DNA of 64,000 nucleotides from an uncultured delta proteobacterium (GTDB lineage: Bacteria; Desulfobacterota; Zymogenia; Zymogenales; Zymogenaceae). Below are positions 23,594 through 36,308 of this stretch, one piece after another. The stretch's first letter is position 1. Every line of letters starts with the position of its first letter. The notes under the pieces are model-generated. The model searched no databases and was not told the origin of the DNA. It saw only the letters and a list, made by a program, of their open reading frames with translations. The stretch lies in the NCBI GenBank assembly GCA_963735595.1, contig CAVTLK010000005.1:192001-256000 (forward strand), read 5' to 3'. The position numbers and the translations under genes were made by a program.

Positions 23594-26500
23594 TTATCTC
23601 TTCAGTATTTCGACGATCTGCTTTTCGAGCTGGGTCAGCCGGGCGGGTTTTTGTACAAATCCGTCGATTCCGAGATTGACAATCTGGCCGGCCTGGCCGT
23701 TTTCACTGTATCCTGAGGTGACCAGGACCTTCAGTGCCGGATCAATCTCCCTGAGGGCCTCCAGGGTCTCTTTGCCCCCGAGGTTGGGCATGATCAGGTC
23801 CAGGACCACCAGGTCGATCGTGCCCTTGTGCTCTTTGAAACGCTCGATTCCTTCCAGCCCGTCCCGGGCAGTAATAACGCGGTATCCCTTCTGGGTGAGA
23901 AAATCATCCCACGTTTCCCGAACGACCGGCTCGTCGTCGATCAAAAGGATCGTTACCCCCGGCACAGAACGGCTCACCTCATGTTTTACGGGGCGCTCCT
24001 CTACCGCCGTCGTCGAGGCCGGGAAATAGAGCTTGAAGGAAGTCCCTTCGCCGAGCTCGGTGTAGACCGAGATGATGCCGCGGTGACTGCGAACGATCCC
24101 GTATACCGTGGCAAGGCCCATTCCCGTTCCACCTTTCTGCTGTTTTGTGCTAAAGAACGGCTCGAAGATATGGTCCCGAATCTCGGGTGAGATCCCTGTT
24201 CCCGTATCGGTGATCGTTACCACCACATGGGGGCCGGCAGCGGCGCCAAGGTGGGACTTAACAAAATCATCGTCCAGAATCTGATTGTGAGTCTCAATGA
24301 TGAGGCTGCCGCCTTTGGGCATGGCATCCCTTGCGTTGATGCAGAGGTTGAGAAGGCACTGCTCTATCTGGCTTACGTCCCCCTCCATCGTCATGAGGTA
24401 GGGGGAAAGGTGAGTCTGGATGTCTATCGCCTTATTGAGTGTGCCGACGACCAGCGGCAGAACCCTCTCGATGACCTGATTGAGCCTGACGGCCGTAAGA
24501 TTGAATCGGCCGCCCCGGGATATGCCCAGCATCTGTTTGGTAAGCTCGGAGGCGCGGACGGTGCCCTCGTGAATAACGGAGAGGGCCTTGTAATCGGGAT
24601 CGTCCGGTTTCTTCTTCATTATCAGGTATTCAGAGTACCCCATGATGCCTACCATGATGTTGTTGAAGTTGTGGGCGATTCCCCCGGCCATCGTGCCCAC
24701 CGCCTCCATTTTTTGGGATTGGATGAGCTGCTGCTCGAGTTTCAACCGTTCCGTGATATCCTTGAGCGTTCCCTGAAAGCCGACGATGGTGTTACCCTTC
24801 CGCTGAAGGGTGACGTACCCCTCGACCGTTCGCTCCTGACCGTCCTTTCCGGCAAACGAGTACCTGAAACCTCGCAAGGGTTCTCCGGTCTTGTACAGGG
24901 TGTTATACGCTGTAAGTACCGTATCGGCCATTTCGGGGTTCATAAGGCTCCGGAAATTCGTTCCAATAAGCTCATCCCGCTGATAGCCGATGAGAAGTTC
25001 TCCGGCCCTATTGACGGAGGTGAAATTTCCGCGCAAGTCGACCGTAAACAGCGTATCGAGTGAATTCTCAAAGAGGGTACGGTGTTGTTCCTCGGATTCC
25101 TGTAAAGCCGTTTCGGCGCTTTTTCGCTCGCTGGCCTCCATTGCCAGAGCAATCGTATCGGATAGGGACGCTGCAAATTCCTGCTCTTCCGGTGACCAGC
25201 GCCGAACCGACCCGGTGTGTTCAAGACACAGGGCGCCTATCAGGGCGCCGCGGAGCCGGATCGGGACATCAATCATGGACTGAATATCAAGGGGGGCAAG
25301 GTAAGTCTCGGCAAACTCACCGGTGCGCTCATCGGCCATCGCGTTGTCGGCCGCGATGAGGCGGCTCTGGTCCAGCGCGGAAAAATATCGGGGATACGAG
25401 GCGGAATCGAGCCGATCTCCCGCCTCATGGGTGCCCTCCGCTGATTTATAGAGGTCCATGAGCACCAGATGGGTTCGGCCTTCATCGAAGAGCCAGATTC
25501 CGGCCCGCTCTGTCGGGAGGGTCCCTGCGGCGATTTCGACTATTCTCGAAAACGCCGCCGACAGGTCGGAGAGGTCGGTCTTCGCCAGATCAAGGAGCGT
25601 CGTCTGATACCGGATGATCCTTCGGTTTTTCTCGTCCTTTTCCTCCTCGGCCTGTTTCCGTTCGCTTATATCCTGCACGTACACGAGAACCGCCGGACGT
25701 CCTTCCCACTCGATGAGGACTCCGGTGCCCTCAGCCCATTTGGGGGCGCCGCTCCCGGTGATGATACGGTACTGACTGGGGTAGGTTTGCCCATCACCAG
25801 TCATCTTACGCTCGTATTCACTGGCCAGAAGCGGGATATCTTCAGGGTGTATCATGTCCGAAAAGGGTCTCCCGAGTATTTCGCCCGGGGTGTACCCGAT
25901 CATGTCGAGCGCCGAGGGGTTGAGATACCTGAACAGCCCGTCCTGGACCACGGCTATTCCCTCGTTCGCGTTCTCAACCGCAGCGCGGTATTTCTCTTCC
26001 GATTGTCTCAAGGCCCGGTCGGTCAGCTTCTGCTCTTCGAGGAGCGTAACGTTCTCCCTCAGCGAGGTGACCTGCCTGACGCCCACGAGGAGGACTATGA
26101 CCCCGACCCAGATGATCAGGGCGGGAAACGTCATGGGTATGCGCCGGCCGCTGCTGAGCAGGAGGAGGAGGTATGCGGCCGCCAGCCAGACGAGGGGGAA
26201 ATAGATAACCCATGACGCCGTACCCTCGCCGGAGTCTTTGTCGGGGACCTGGTCCACGCGGGAGGCCGCCGATCTTCCAACCATATCGGCGTGCAGGAAG
26301 CCGGCTATTCCCGCGAAGAATACCGTAGCTGACCCAACCCATATCGAGGATGCCTCCCGCGTACGTCCCCGCCGTGGACTGGTAGCCGAAGACCGCGTCG
26401 GTCAGGACCTGAAGCCCGACGCCGGCAGCCAATAACCAGATGGGGCCCGCGGGCTGGTATTCCGACTTCCGTGATACGACGAAGAGGAGGGCGGTAATGA

Positions 26501-27057
26501 GAAGGAAATCGGCAACGGGGTAGGCCATGGAGAGGGCCATGGTCAGCATATCGCTTCCGCCCGTCTCCATAAGAGGGCCGATCCAGAAATACCAGAACAG
26601 CAGCATGCTGGCCAGCGTCACGATTCCCATATCCAGCGAGAGCCTGAACCACTCGCCGCCGTTCAAGCGCCTCATGGGAATCAGCAGGGCGCCCGCTATA
26701 AAGAGCGGGTAGTAGAGGAGATAGAACAGGTCGGCTATGGATGGGAAGGGACTGATCTTAAGGCCGAGTTCCAGTACAGTCCACAGGATATCGCCGATAA
26801 GCCAGCTTACGTGCGCGACGGCCAACAGTCCCCACGCAACCTGCAGCTCCTCGGGAACGAAGTCCGCTGCGGCGCGCGGCCCACCAGAGCCCCGCGATCG
26901 CCAGCAGCGTTTCGGCCGGGGCGGCCAGGGTGCTGAAGGACGAACTGAGGTCTTCATCGGTGATGATGAAAGTGATCATCGCCAGATGAATCAGAAAAAG
27001 CAGGGCGAAGAACACCAGTACGGATCGAAAAGTAACGAAACGGTATCCTGTCTTCAT
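23594..27057 (-). CDS. Hybrid sensor histidine kinase (multi-TM, PAS, GAF, PAS, HisKA, HATPase, REC); frameshifts near 26860 and 26315
   Basis: [53 protein letters not shown]. Confidence 0.9.
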
Positions 27058-27382
27058 TGACGGCATCCTCGGCCTCTCGTGGGGCAACGGAGTCGATCCT
27101 GTCGGGGGGCGAACCGTCCGACGAAACAAACGGTATAGTATAAACGCCGATGACCTGCTCTCGTGGGACGGCAAATTCATTGTAGTATCGAATTCAATTT
27201 TACGATACAACCGGGCCGATGTACAAGCAAAGTTTGATGGTAAAATAAAAAGGTTTTAGACGTTTAAATGTTTTATTGGTAGACTATGATAGGAAATGCG
27301 GTTGAGGCGTATCTCAGGAAAAAATGACGGGGTCGGCATCTTTTTCCTTGACAATCGGCGGCAATAATAGTTTTATGTAGGA

Positions 27383-27406
27383 TAGTACGATACTAGTACT
27401 ACTAGT
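27383..27406. promoter_or_regulatory. Palindromic operator-like site upstream of MarR
   Basis: TAGTAC-N7-GTACTA with nested ACTAGT palindromes; TTGACA at 27348. Confidence 0.5.
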
Positions 27407-27447
27407 CTCGTACATTCATCACTCATTATCCTGGAGGGGGTCCTTCT

Positions 27448-27916
27448 ATGGGGATGAACGTGAAATACGAGGGGTCGTTTTTAATAACCCGCATCCATCA
27501 GACGTCCGGAAGGATTTTTGAAACGATCCTTAGGAAGTACGACCTCTCGGAAATCTCACCCGCGCAGGGGAGAGTCCTTTTCGCCCTCTGGAAGAACGAC
27601 AATGTGCCTATCCAGGAATTGGCCAGACAGACGTCCCTGTCAAAATCCACCCTCACCGCCATGATTGACCGGCTGGAGGAGCAGGGATTTATAGCGCGGG
27701 TCCCCTCGGAGCAGGGATCGACGCGAAATCCTTATCCGGCTGACCGAGAAGGACAGGTCGCTGCAGGACACGTATGCAACGGTATCCGAGGAGATGGCTG
27801 GTATCATCCTATCCGGGTTTGCCGGAACCGAGATCAGGGATCTCGAGGAAAAACTCAGGCGTATCCTGAAAAACCTCTCGGACCATGAAGAGCAGGCGCG
27901 GCGGGCTGTGCAGTAG
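27448..27916 (+). CDS. MarR family regulator; frameshift near 27710
   Basis: ISPAQGRVLFALW..ELA..LSKSTLT..LDRLE-like..GFI.R then DRREILI.LT. Confidence 0.85.
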
Positions 27917-27940
27917 CTGCGGCTCAAAGGTGGTACTCGT

Positions 27941-28765
27941 ATGGAACAGCAATACCCAATCATCGACGCCTGGATGCAACACCCGACGATGCGGTTCATC
28001 AACCAGCCGATGTTCGACTCCCTGCGCCGGTGGACGGGGACGGGGCCGATAGAGGCGGAGATACCGGCAGACGTCACAATCGGGATTATGGATCAGGCGG
28101 GGGTGCGCATGGGACTCATCTGTGCGTGGGAGGGGCCGCAGGGATCGCTGATCTCCAACGACGAAACGGCTGCCCTCGTGTCGGCACACCCGGATCGATT
28201 TGCCGGCGTGGCCTCGGTCAATCTCTACCGGCCGATGGAGGCGGTCAGGGAGCTGAGGCGATGCGTTACCGATCACGGATTCCGGGCCCTACGAATCGTC
28301 CAGTGGCTCTGGAACCTTCCGCCAACCGATCGCCGGTACTACCCGCTTTTTGCGGCGTGCGTCGATCTGGGGATTCCGGTATGCCTTCAGGTCGGGCATA
28401 CGGGGCCGCTGTGCCCGTCCGAGCCGGGCAGGCCGATCCCCTACATTGACGAAGCGGCCCTTGATTTCCCGGAGCTCGTGTTCGTCTGCGGTCACATCGG
28501 CTATCCCTGGACGATGGAGATGATAGCGGTTGCTACCAAGCACGAGAACGTATTCATCGACACGTCCGCGTACACCGCGAAGCGGTTCCCGCCCGAGCTG
28601 GTTACCTATATGAAGAAAAACGGCAGGAAGAAAGTCCTCTTCGGCACGAATTACCCGATGATAACGGCATCACAGTGCCTGGCCGATCTCGATTCCCTCG
28701 ATCTCGATGAGGAGAGCAAACAGCTCTTTCTCTCCGAGAACGCGCGGCGCGTCTTCAAACTGTAA
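27941..28765 (+). CDS. Amidohydrolase_2 family protein
   Basis: IIDAW, HPDRF, GHIGYPW, FIDTSA, LFGTNYP, ENARRVF. Confidence 0.88.
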   Translation: MEQQYPIIDAWMQHPTMRFINQPMFDSLRRWTGTGPIEAEIPADVTIGIMDQAGVRMGLICAWEGPQGSLISNDETAALVSAHPDRFAGVASVNLYRPMEAVRELRRCVTDHGFRALRIVQWLWNLPPTDRRYYPLFAACVDLGIPVCLQVGHTGPLCPSEPGRPIPYIDEAALDFPELVFVCGHIGYPWTMEMIAVATKHENVFIDTSAYTAKRFPPELVTYMKKNGRKKVLFGTNYPMITASQCLADLDSLDLDEESKQLFLSENARRVFKL

Positions 28766-28787
28766 TAGTCCCGTCTTAGGAGGAGGC

Positions 28788-29870
28788 ATGGAAACCTACG
28801 AACGACTGCAGGAGATCCTGGATTCACACCCGACGGGGGCGCCCAAATCGGCGGCCTTCGACGAAATTCTGAGGATTCTTTTCACACCGGAGGAGGCGGC
28901 CCTGGCGGTGCAGATGAGCTTTGCGTTCAGGAGCGTGGCTAACCTCGCAGCCAGGTCCGGTCAGACCGAGGAGGCCGCGGGGCGGCTCCTGGAGGGGATG
29001 GCCGATAAGGCCATAATCCAGAGCCGTACAAAAGACGGGACAGCCTCCTACGCGCTGCTGCCGACTATCCCCGGCCTCTTCGAGTTTCCCTTCATGAAGG
29101 GTGGAGGGGAGCCGATTCACGAGAAACTGGGCAAGCTCTGGCAGCAGTATCACCACGAGGCCCTCGGCTCCGAATTTGCCGGCACCGACACGCCGCTCAT
29201 GCGCGTCGTGCCCGTTGAGGAGACCATAGAAGACAAGGGCGGCGTGCTCCCCTACGAGCGGGCCCGGTCGCTGGTCGACGGCGCTTCGTATATCGCCGTG
29301 ACCGAGTGCGCGTGCCGGGTGAGCGTTAACGCGTGCGACAAGCCGCGGGAGGTGTGCCTCGTTTTCGGTCCTACGGCCAAATTCCTTGTCGAGCGTGGAT
29401 ACGCCCGGGCGATCGAAAAAGAGGAGGCCTGCGGCGTGCTCAAGACGGCCGCGGACGCGGGCCTTGTTCACACCTCCAATAACAGCGCCGACCGGGGGAA
29501 TTTGATCTGCAACTGCTGCCCCTGCTGTTGCACGGTGCTCCGGGGCCGGACCGAGCTTAATATACCGCACGCGTTTGCCCCCAGCGCCTTTCTGGCCACC
29601 GTCGACGCCGATCTCTGCACGGGCTGCGGCATCTGCAGGGACGAGCGGTGTCCGATGGAGGCAATCGAGATAGAAAATGACGTGGCGCGGATAACGGCCG
29701 ACCGCTGCATCGGCTGCGGGGTCTGCGTGGCCGATTGCCCGACGGGTGCGATATCCCTCACTCCCCGCGAAAAGCGGCCGGAGATCGCCCCTACCATCAG
29801 GGATATGGGTATGACGATTCTTGAGAAAAAAGGAAAGCTGGCGAGGTTTATCGAGATCATGAAGGAGTGA
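28788..29870 (+). CDS. 4Fe-4S binding protein
   Basis: CACR, ICNCCPCCC, CTGCGIC..CP, CIGCGVC..CP; AGGAGG RBS. Confidence 0.87.
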   Translation: METYERLQEILDSHPTGAPKSAAFDEILRILFTPEEAALAVQMSFAFRSVANLAARSGQTEEAAGRLLEGMADKAIIQSRTKDGTASYALLPTIPGLFEFPFMKGGGEPIHEKLGKLWQQYHHEALGSEFAGTDTPLMRVVPVEETIEDKGGVLPYERARSLVDGASYIAVTECACRVSVNACDKPREVCLVFGPTAKFLVERGYARAIEKEEACGVLKTAADAGLVHTSNNSADRGNLICNCCPCCCTVLRGRTELNIPHAFAPSAFLATVDADLCTGCGICRDERCPMEAIEIENDVARITADRCIGCGVCVADCPTGAISLTPREKRPEIAPTIRDMGMTILEKKGKLARFIEIMKE

Positions 29871-29959
29871 CGGCAGGCCGCGCCGTGTATGGGGTATCGG
29901 GTTATCGCACATATGGGGGGGATGAGGGGAGCCGCTCGTCCGCGCGATCGGGGCGGCCG

Positions 29960-32709
29960 TCAGGCCGGTAGATGGTCCGGCCCGCTGCGCTGTCTCATCT
30001 GGATCTGCCGTATCGTTTCCTTGGCCCGGTTAACCATGACCGTATCGGCTTTCGTGATGAACTCCGACAGACCCGGCAGCACCCTGTTTGTGCCGACTTT
30101 CCAGAGGGCCTTGAGAACGGCGGTCTGAAGGATATAGTCCGGCTCTCTTTTCCTGATTACGGGCGTAATCTTCTCAAGGATTTTCCTGCCCAATTTCTTC
30201 TCGGGCAGCACCTGATCGAGGAGGACTTCCTCGACCGTTCTGCCGTCGCCCACGGATCGGTTTCCGACGGCCGATAGCGCGCCGATCGTCTCGACCTTTA
30301 GCTCGGACAGGTCTTTCTTCCGCGCGGGGAATGTCTCCTCCTCGAGGGCGAGTGTCGTGACCAGCGCCGAAATAACCCTCGGGGACGTGAGGGGAATACC
30401 GCCGATACACATGACGGCGCGGCGGCGGACACCCAGGTCGGGGTCGAACAACGCCTTGACGAGCTTAGGCTCGGATGCCGGTCCCTCCAGGACGCAGGTC
30501 GTGGCAACGGCCTCCTCGCGCACCCGCGGATTGTCGTGGGAAAGGAACCGGTTCACCAGCAGCGACTCGTCGGGGCTTCCCCAGGTGCGAAAATGCCAGC
30601 AAGGCGTTTCGATAGACATACCATTGATTGCCCGTGGCCGAAAGAATCTTGATTATCGCGGTTCGCCCGGCTTCCCCCATGCCGCTCAGGGTTTCGACGG
30701 CGGTCCTTCGCGCGTTTTGGTTCTTGCTCTCGACAATGACGTGGATGAGGATCGAAACCCCGGCAGGTCCCAGTACCTTCACGATCCGCTGGATCGTGCC
30801 CCGCGCCTCCTTTGTTGCTTCCTCGAATAGACCTCCCAGTATATCGAATGGAATCCTTCCAGACGAATTGAATCGGCGTGCGCAGGGGAATAAGCTCGCT
30901 ATTCCGATATTCAGGGCGATCGGTAAATTTGGCGGATATCGCCTTGTTGAAAAGCGAGATAAGGTCGTATTGCCGCTGCTCCAGGAGGAAGGGAAGTATG
31001 CGCCTGAAGAACCGCAGGAACAGCAATACCTCGTCCTGCTTGTCGGCGCCGGCAAACCTCTCAATGTAGAAGTCGTGGTTTTCCTGGTAGTCCTTTACCA
31101 GCAGGAGGGTGTTAACGTGATCCTTGACCATGTCGGGCAGCTCATCAAACGTCAATATCTCCTGAAAATAGAGCTGCTCGAAAAACGTGTTGCTTGCGTC
31201 CATCTTTTCGTTAAGAACGCGGGTTGAGATCCACTTCAGGATCCGCTTTACGCTCTCCAGCCGGTTGGCCAATCCCTTGTGGCCCGGTTTGTGGACCAAC
31301 TCCTCCTTGAGCCGCGTGAGCTCTTCAAAGACGTATTGAGATGTAGGCAACAGGATCTCCATCGGAAAGGTCTTGACGATGGTCTGTTCGAGATCCTCCG
31401 CGTCGACGGCCGCCACGTTCCGGGCGATAACGTGTGCGTTAACAACGATATCCTTGAGCATGTGGGGCTCGCGCAGCGGTCGCATGATGTCCCGTATGAT
31501 GTGGATCTTGATTTCCTGAATCTCCTCGGGCGTCTTATCTTTGAAGAGCGGCAGCACCTTGAGGTCTTTGGCCAATCGCTGAATGGCCATTTCTACCCGC
31601 CAGGGGAGCTTGAGCTCGAAGATGATCATGTCGTCCACGAATATCGCGGAGACCTCGGTGATTCCTTTCTCGACCAGGGCCGAAGTCAGGAGGTTGCCGA
31701 CTTCCCCCTCCACCCCCCGGTCGCGTACGGGATCGCTCATTATATCGATAAAATCCTCAAAATGGGCCAGGGGCAGGCCCCGCTTTATCGAGAAGCTGAC
31801 GAGGTTTTTTCGGCTGAAATAGTCCTTTAATTTGGGCATATATATCTCGGCCTGCTCGATCCCGATGAGCCCCCTGAGGCTCACCTGATCGTCAAGAATG
31901 CCCGAGATCAGCACGTCAAACCGCCCCTGTGATTCCTGACTGGTGAGAGTGACGTCGGGCCGGTCACCGACGGCCGTCTTGAATTCAGTATAGATACCTT
32001 CTTTGGCTTTCTTGCTGCCGGGATGCTCCGGGGCGTAGTAACCCGAGCGAAGCATCGCCTTAGCGATGTTGAGTATAAACGCGGCCACCGGCTGCATCCG
32101 CTCGCGCTCCTGGGGAGCGAACTCCCGACGTACGTGATCTGCGGTCGAGATGACCGGTGGGGGAAGGGCCGCCTCTTTACGCGACACGCGGGTAACCGAG
32201 TCGCGGTCGCTGATAATGGTCTGCAACCACTCAAAGCGTCGTTCCCGTGTCGGCAGCGAGGGTGCGCGGTGAACCGTGCCTTTGCCCGGCGCCGGGCTGC
32301 GGGCCGGCTCACCGCCTGCGTGTTCGCCCGGATATGGGGCCGGCGCACTATCATCGCTCCCGGCTGGTTCGAGCAGCCGCCGGTAGGTATTGTTTTGCAT
32401 CAGGGCGTTGGTGAGCCGCCCGATCCGTTCGCCCTGTATCGGGTCAAACCGGATCGTAATGCCCTTCTTCGGCTGCGGGTCCGTTCTGTTTTCGAGGTTG
32501 ATAACCGACGATACGAAACCGCCGATAACAAACGGGTCGTCAAACCCCGGGATGAGGATTGTCAGCTCTATCGGAGTGCCGACGGCGGGCGCCTGGGACG
32601 AGGTCAGCTGGAAACTGGAGTTTTTGATGTACCTGAGGTATTGGCCGAGAAAGGCCTCGGGAGAGTTGTATCGAACCTTGACCTGTACGGATTTTTGGTC
32701 CATTGGCAT
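29960..32709 (-). CDS. Large HEAT-repeat protein with N-terminal PilZ/TIGR02266-like domain; frameshifts near 30845 and 30580
   Basis: N-terminal F..QY..PAVGT.IEL..GITIRF; YYAPEHP; HEAT motifs WYVYRNA, PRVREEAV, DPDLGVRRRAV. Confidence 0.7.
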
Positions 32710-33033
32710 CCATACAAACGGGACGGCGTAAGGAATCCGTTTATTCGGGCTGATTTCTCAAAAACGATATGCGCATGCCGGAACGGTCGGCGTTCATGGC
32801 GCGGGGACCAATAATGTCTCCATTTGTATCACGTCTATGTGTCGATTGTCTATAAAAAATAGGCGGTCGAACCGTGGACGCCCTTCGCGGGGAAACCGGT
32901 TACGTTTCGTATCGTTTCGGAAGTCCGTTCCTTGAATATAAGATGATACTGGGGATTGAGGACGTGAATCGGGGCCGGAGGGTAGGACCCGCCGGCCCCG
33001 TGATCTAATACAGGGGCAGTGAAATGTGCAACC

Positions 33034-33453
33034 CTACGATTCGAGATTAAACAGGGGGCGCGCGGAATCTCCGGCCGAATACTTATCACCCGGAAACACC
33101 TTGGCACCGAGCTTACCCATCTTCACCTTCTTTCCGATGAGATTCATCGTTACCACGTCCGGATCGATAATCATCAGGTTTCCCATGATCCAGGGACCCT
33201 CGGCAAGCTCTACCAGGACGATCGTATAGGGCGCCTCGGGCTCCCTGTTTTCAGCCGCCACGAAATTAAGGGTAAAGGTCTTGATCGTCCCATTTCCCGA
33301 AAGCTCGATGATGTCAAGATTGGTCCCGGCACACTCCGAGCAGACCATCCGCGGGGGGGCCGTTATCGCGCCGCAGTCCTTGCAGGAGAGCCCCAACAGC
33401 TTATTCTTCTTGAGAGCCTTGTTGTAGGCCTCAAAGGTAAGTTTGGATTCCAT
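33034..33453 (-). CDS. Zn-ribbon/OB-fold protein (DUF35)
   Basis: CKDCG..PPR..CSEC, PYTIVLVELAEG; adjacent to thiolase. Confidence 0.9.
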   Translation of the reverse strand: MESKLTFEAYNKALKKNKLLGLSCKDCGAITAPPRMVCSECAGTNLDIIELSGNGTIKTFTLNFVAAENREPEAPYTIVLVELAEGPWIMGNLMIIDPDVVTMNLIGKKVKMGKLGAKVFPGDKYSAGDSARPLFNLES

Positions 33454-33454
33454 G

Positions 33455-34634
33455 TTACCAACCCCTCTTCATGATAATGTTGACCAGCGTCCCGCCGTCG
33501 CCGCCGAGCGTATCGGTCATCCCGATCTGTGGCGTCGGGGACCTGCCGCTGGGGCTCAACTTCGGACCGCAGCTGCCTGAATATCTCGTACACCTGGGCG
33601 GCGCCCGTCGCACCGATCGGGTGCCCCCTCGATTTCAGGCCGCCGGAGGGATTGATGGCGACGACCCCGCCGATATCGGCCTTGCCTTCTATCCATGCGT
33701 CGCCCGATTTGCCGTAGTCGAAGAACCCGAGGCTCTCGGCGGCGATCAGGCTGGCGATGGAAAAGCAATCGTGCAGCTCGCAGACGTCTATGTCCTTCGG
33801 GCCGATACCGGCCATGCCGTAGGCCTGCTTGACCGAAAGCTCGCGGGAATAGATCCGCGGCAGGGTCTTTTTCTGGCTGTGCAGCGGCCCCGCGGATGCC
33901 TGCCCGACGCCGATGATCTGGACGGGTTTTGCGGTCAGGCGCTTTACGGCGTCCTCGGAGGCGAGGATAACGGCGGCGGCCCCGTCCGAGAAGGGGCAGC
34001 AGTCGTGAAGCTGGAGCGGCGTAGAGACCATGAAGGACGAAAGCACCTGTTCGATCGTCACCTCTTTTCTCATCTGGGCCTTCTCGTTGTGGACGCCGCG
34101 CTTGTAGGACTGCACGGAGACCATGGCCATCTCCTCTTTGACCTGCTCGATGGGTTTGTCGTAGGTCTTGGCGTAGAGATGGGCCAGCATCGCGAAGACC
34201 GCCGGAAACGTCAGCCCGCTCGGAAATTCGTAGCTCCTGTCGGAGGCCATGGCAAACGTGCGCGTGGCCAGCGGCGTGCCGAGGCTGGCCGCCCGCTCGA
34301 CGCCCCCTACCAGGACGATGTCGTAAAATCCCGATGCGACCCACATGAAGGCGTCCCGGACGGCGACCGAGGCCGACGCGCACGCCCCCTCGTACCGGTT
34401 GGCCGGTACGCCGGCGCACCCGATGCTTTCGGCGGCAAACGCCTGAATCATTGCCTGGCCCTCGGAGAAATCCCCCAGGACGTTGCCCATGAAGACGGCC
34501 TGGATATCCTTTGACTTCACCTGTGCGGCGGCCATCGCATCCATCGCGGTCTCGGAAAAGAGCTCGACCTGCGTCTTTTGCTGGGCGTTGGTAAACGGCG
34601 ACTGCGCGCCGCCGACAACAAACACTTTTTTCAT
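33455..34634 (-). CDS. Thiolase, SCP-x/non-specific lipid transfer type; frameshift near 33525
   Basis: EGACASAS, DCCPFSDGAAA, ELHDCF, NPSGGLKSRGHPIGATG. Confidence 0.9.
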
Positions 34635-34744
34635 GGTTTAGGCTCCCTTATAGTTTCGCGTTCAAACGTCTTTCTATGGTTTGGGACGGCCGGCGGGTAC
34701 GGGGGACCGACCGCCCGGCCGCCGGGAAACAGCTCACAGGGGGA

Positions 34745-35893
34745 CTATATCCCCATCTTGCGGGCGATGATCTCTTTCATGATCTCGGTGGTTCCGCCGA
34801 TGATCGAAAACGACCTGATGTCGGTATACGTGCGGGCCACGTCGTATTCGGCCATATACCCGTACCCGCCGTGGATCTGCGTCGCGTCGTACGCGACGTG
34901 GTTTACCATCTCGCCCACGGAGGCCTTGAGCATCGATATCTCGGCGACGGCGTCTTTGCCCTTCGCGAACCGGTCGGCGCACACGTAGGCAAACGCCCGC
35001 GCCTGCTCCACTGCCGTGGCCATATCGGCGAGTTTGTGGCGGATCACCTGGAGGCCCGTAATCGGCTTGCCGAAGGCCTTGCGCTCACGGGCGTAGGCGA
35101 TGGTCTTTTCCAGCACGTACCGGGAGGCCCCGATAGCCTCGACCGAGAGGATGAGCCGCTCGAGCTGGAGCTTTGCCATCAGCGCGTAAAAGCCCTGGCC
35201 CTCTTTCCCGAGGAGGTTGTCTTTCGTAAGTTTCACGTCGTCGAAGAATATCTCGGCGGTGTCCGAGGCGTGGCAGCCGATCTTTTCGAGCTTACGGGTG
35301 GTCAATCCGGCGGTGCCCCGCTCGACGACGAAGAGCGACACCCCGCGGTGCGGGGGGTCGGCCTTCTTGTCGGTCTTGGCGGCCACGACGATGACGTCCG
35401 CGTAGTGGCCGTTGGTGATAAAGGTCTTCTGACCGTTGAGGACCCAGCCGTCGCCCTTCTTTTCCGCGGCGGTCGTGATGCCGGCTACGTCGGAGCCCGC
35501 GCCGGGGTCGGTGATGGCAATGGCGCAGACGGCGGTGCCGGCGATGCAGGGAGAAAGCCAGCGCTTCTTCTGCTCGTCGGTGCCGAGATCGGCCAGATAG
35601 GTGGTGGACATGTCGTTATGGACGGCCACCGAGACCGCAAATCCCAGGCAGCCGCACTTGCCCAGCTCTTCTGCCATGACCACCCGGAAGAGGGGATCGA
35701 CCCCCAGGCCGCCGTAGGCGGGGTCGTAGCAGAACCCGAGAAAACCCATCTGCCCCAGCTCGTTCCAGATGAACCGGGGTATCTCGCGCTTGGCCTCCCA
35801 CTCCGCCACGAACGGGGTCACCCGGTCGGCGAGGAATTTCGCGAGCTGTATTCGAAACTGTTCGTGTTCGTCGGTAAATATGTCGTATGCCAT
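34745..35893 (-). CDS. Acyl-CoA dehydrogenase
   Basis: DPGAGSDV, LNGQKTFITNG, RKAFGK, QIHGGYGY, IIGGTTEIMK. Confidence 0.93.
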   Translation of the reverse strand: MAYDIFTDEHEQFRIQLAKFLADRVTPFVAEWEAKREIPRFIWNELGQMGFLGFCYDPAYGGLGVDPLFRVVMAEELGKCGCLGFAVSVAVHNDMSTTYLADLGTDEQKKRWLSPCIAGTAVCAIAITDPGAGSDVAGITTAAEKKGDGWVLNGQKTFITNGHYADVIVVAAKTDKKADPPHRGVSLFVVERGTAGLTTRKLEKIGCHASDTAEIFFDDVKLTKDNLLGKEGQGFYALMAKLQLERLILSVEAIGASRYVLEKTIAYARERKAFGKPITGLQVIRHKLADMATAVEQARAFAYVCADRFAKGKDAVAEISMLKASVGEMVNHVAYDATQIHGGYGYMAEYDVARTYTDIRSFSIIGGTTEIMKEIIARKMGI

Positions 35894-36239
35894 GCCGTCG
35901 TCCTTTTTCGACCGTTTTCGTGTCGGGTTATATCAGATGTATAAAGGGATTTTGTAAATTGCTGTCGTTTGTCGGAATGTGTGTTAGCGGTTTACATGAC
36001 CCTGGTTTCCCGATCCATGTAATGAGCGCGCCCTGCCTCCGCCCCGGACGAGACGCCGGCGGGGCGAAGAGAACCATAACAGAATTATGAATGAGGTATC
36101 ATTTTCCGGAGGATTTGTCAAAGAAAATCGTGCGGATATGTGATTTCCGTTTACGTAAACTGGCAGCCTTTTGGCCGGGAGCGGGGGAGTGCGGCGGTCC
36201 CGGCGGGATGATATGCCGAAAACAGGTGGCGAGTGCCCG

Positions 36240-36274
36240 AAAAAGAAACCCTTCCCGAACGGGAAGGGTTTCTT
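36240..36274 (-). terminator. Intrinsic terminator after the inverse autotransporter
   Basis: AAGAAACCCTTCCCG-aa-CGGGAAGGGTTTCTT with T run on the minus strand. Confidence 0.85.
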
Positions 36275-36308
36275 CCGTTGCGACGGACTCGGCGGCCCTG
36301 GCCCGTTC

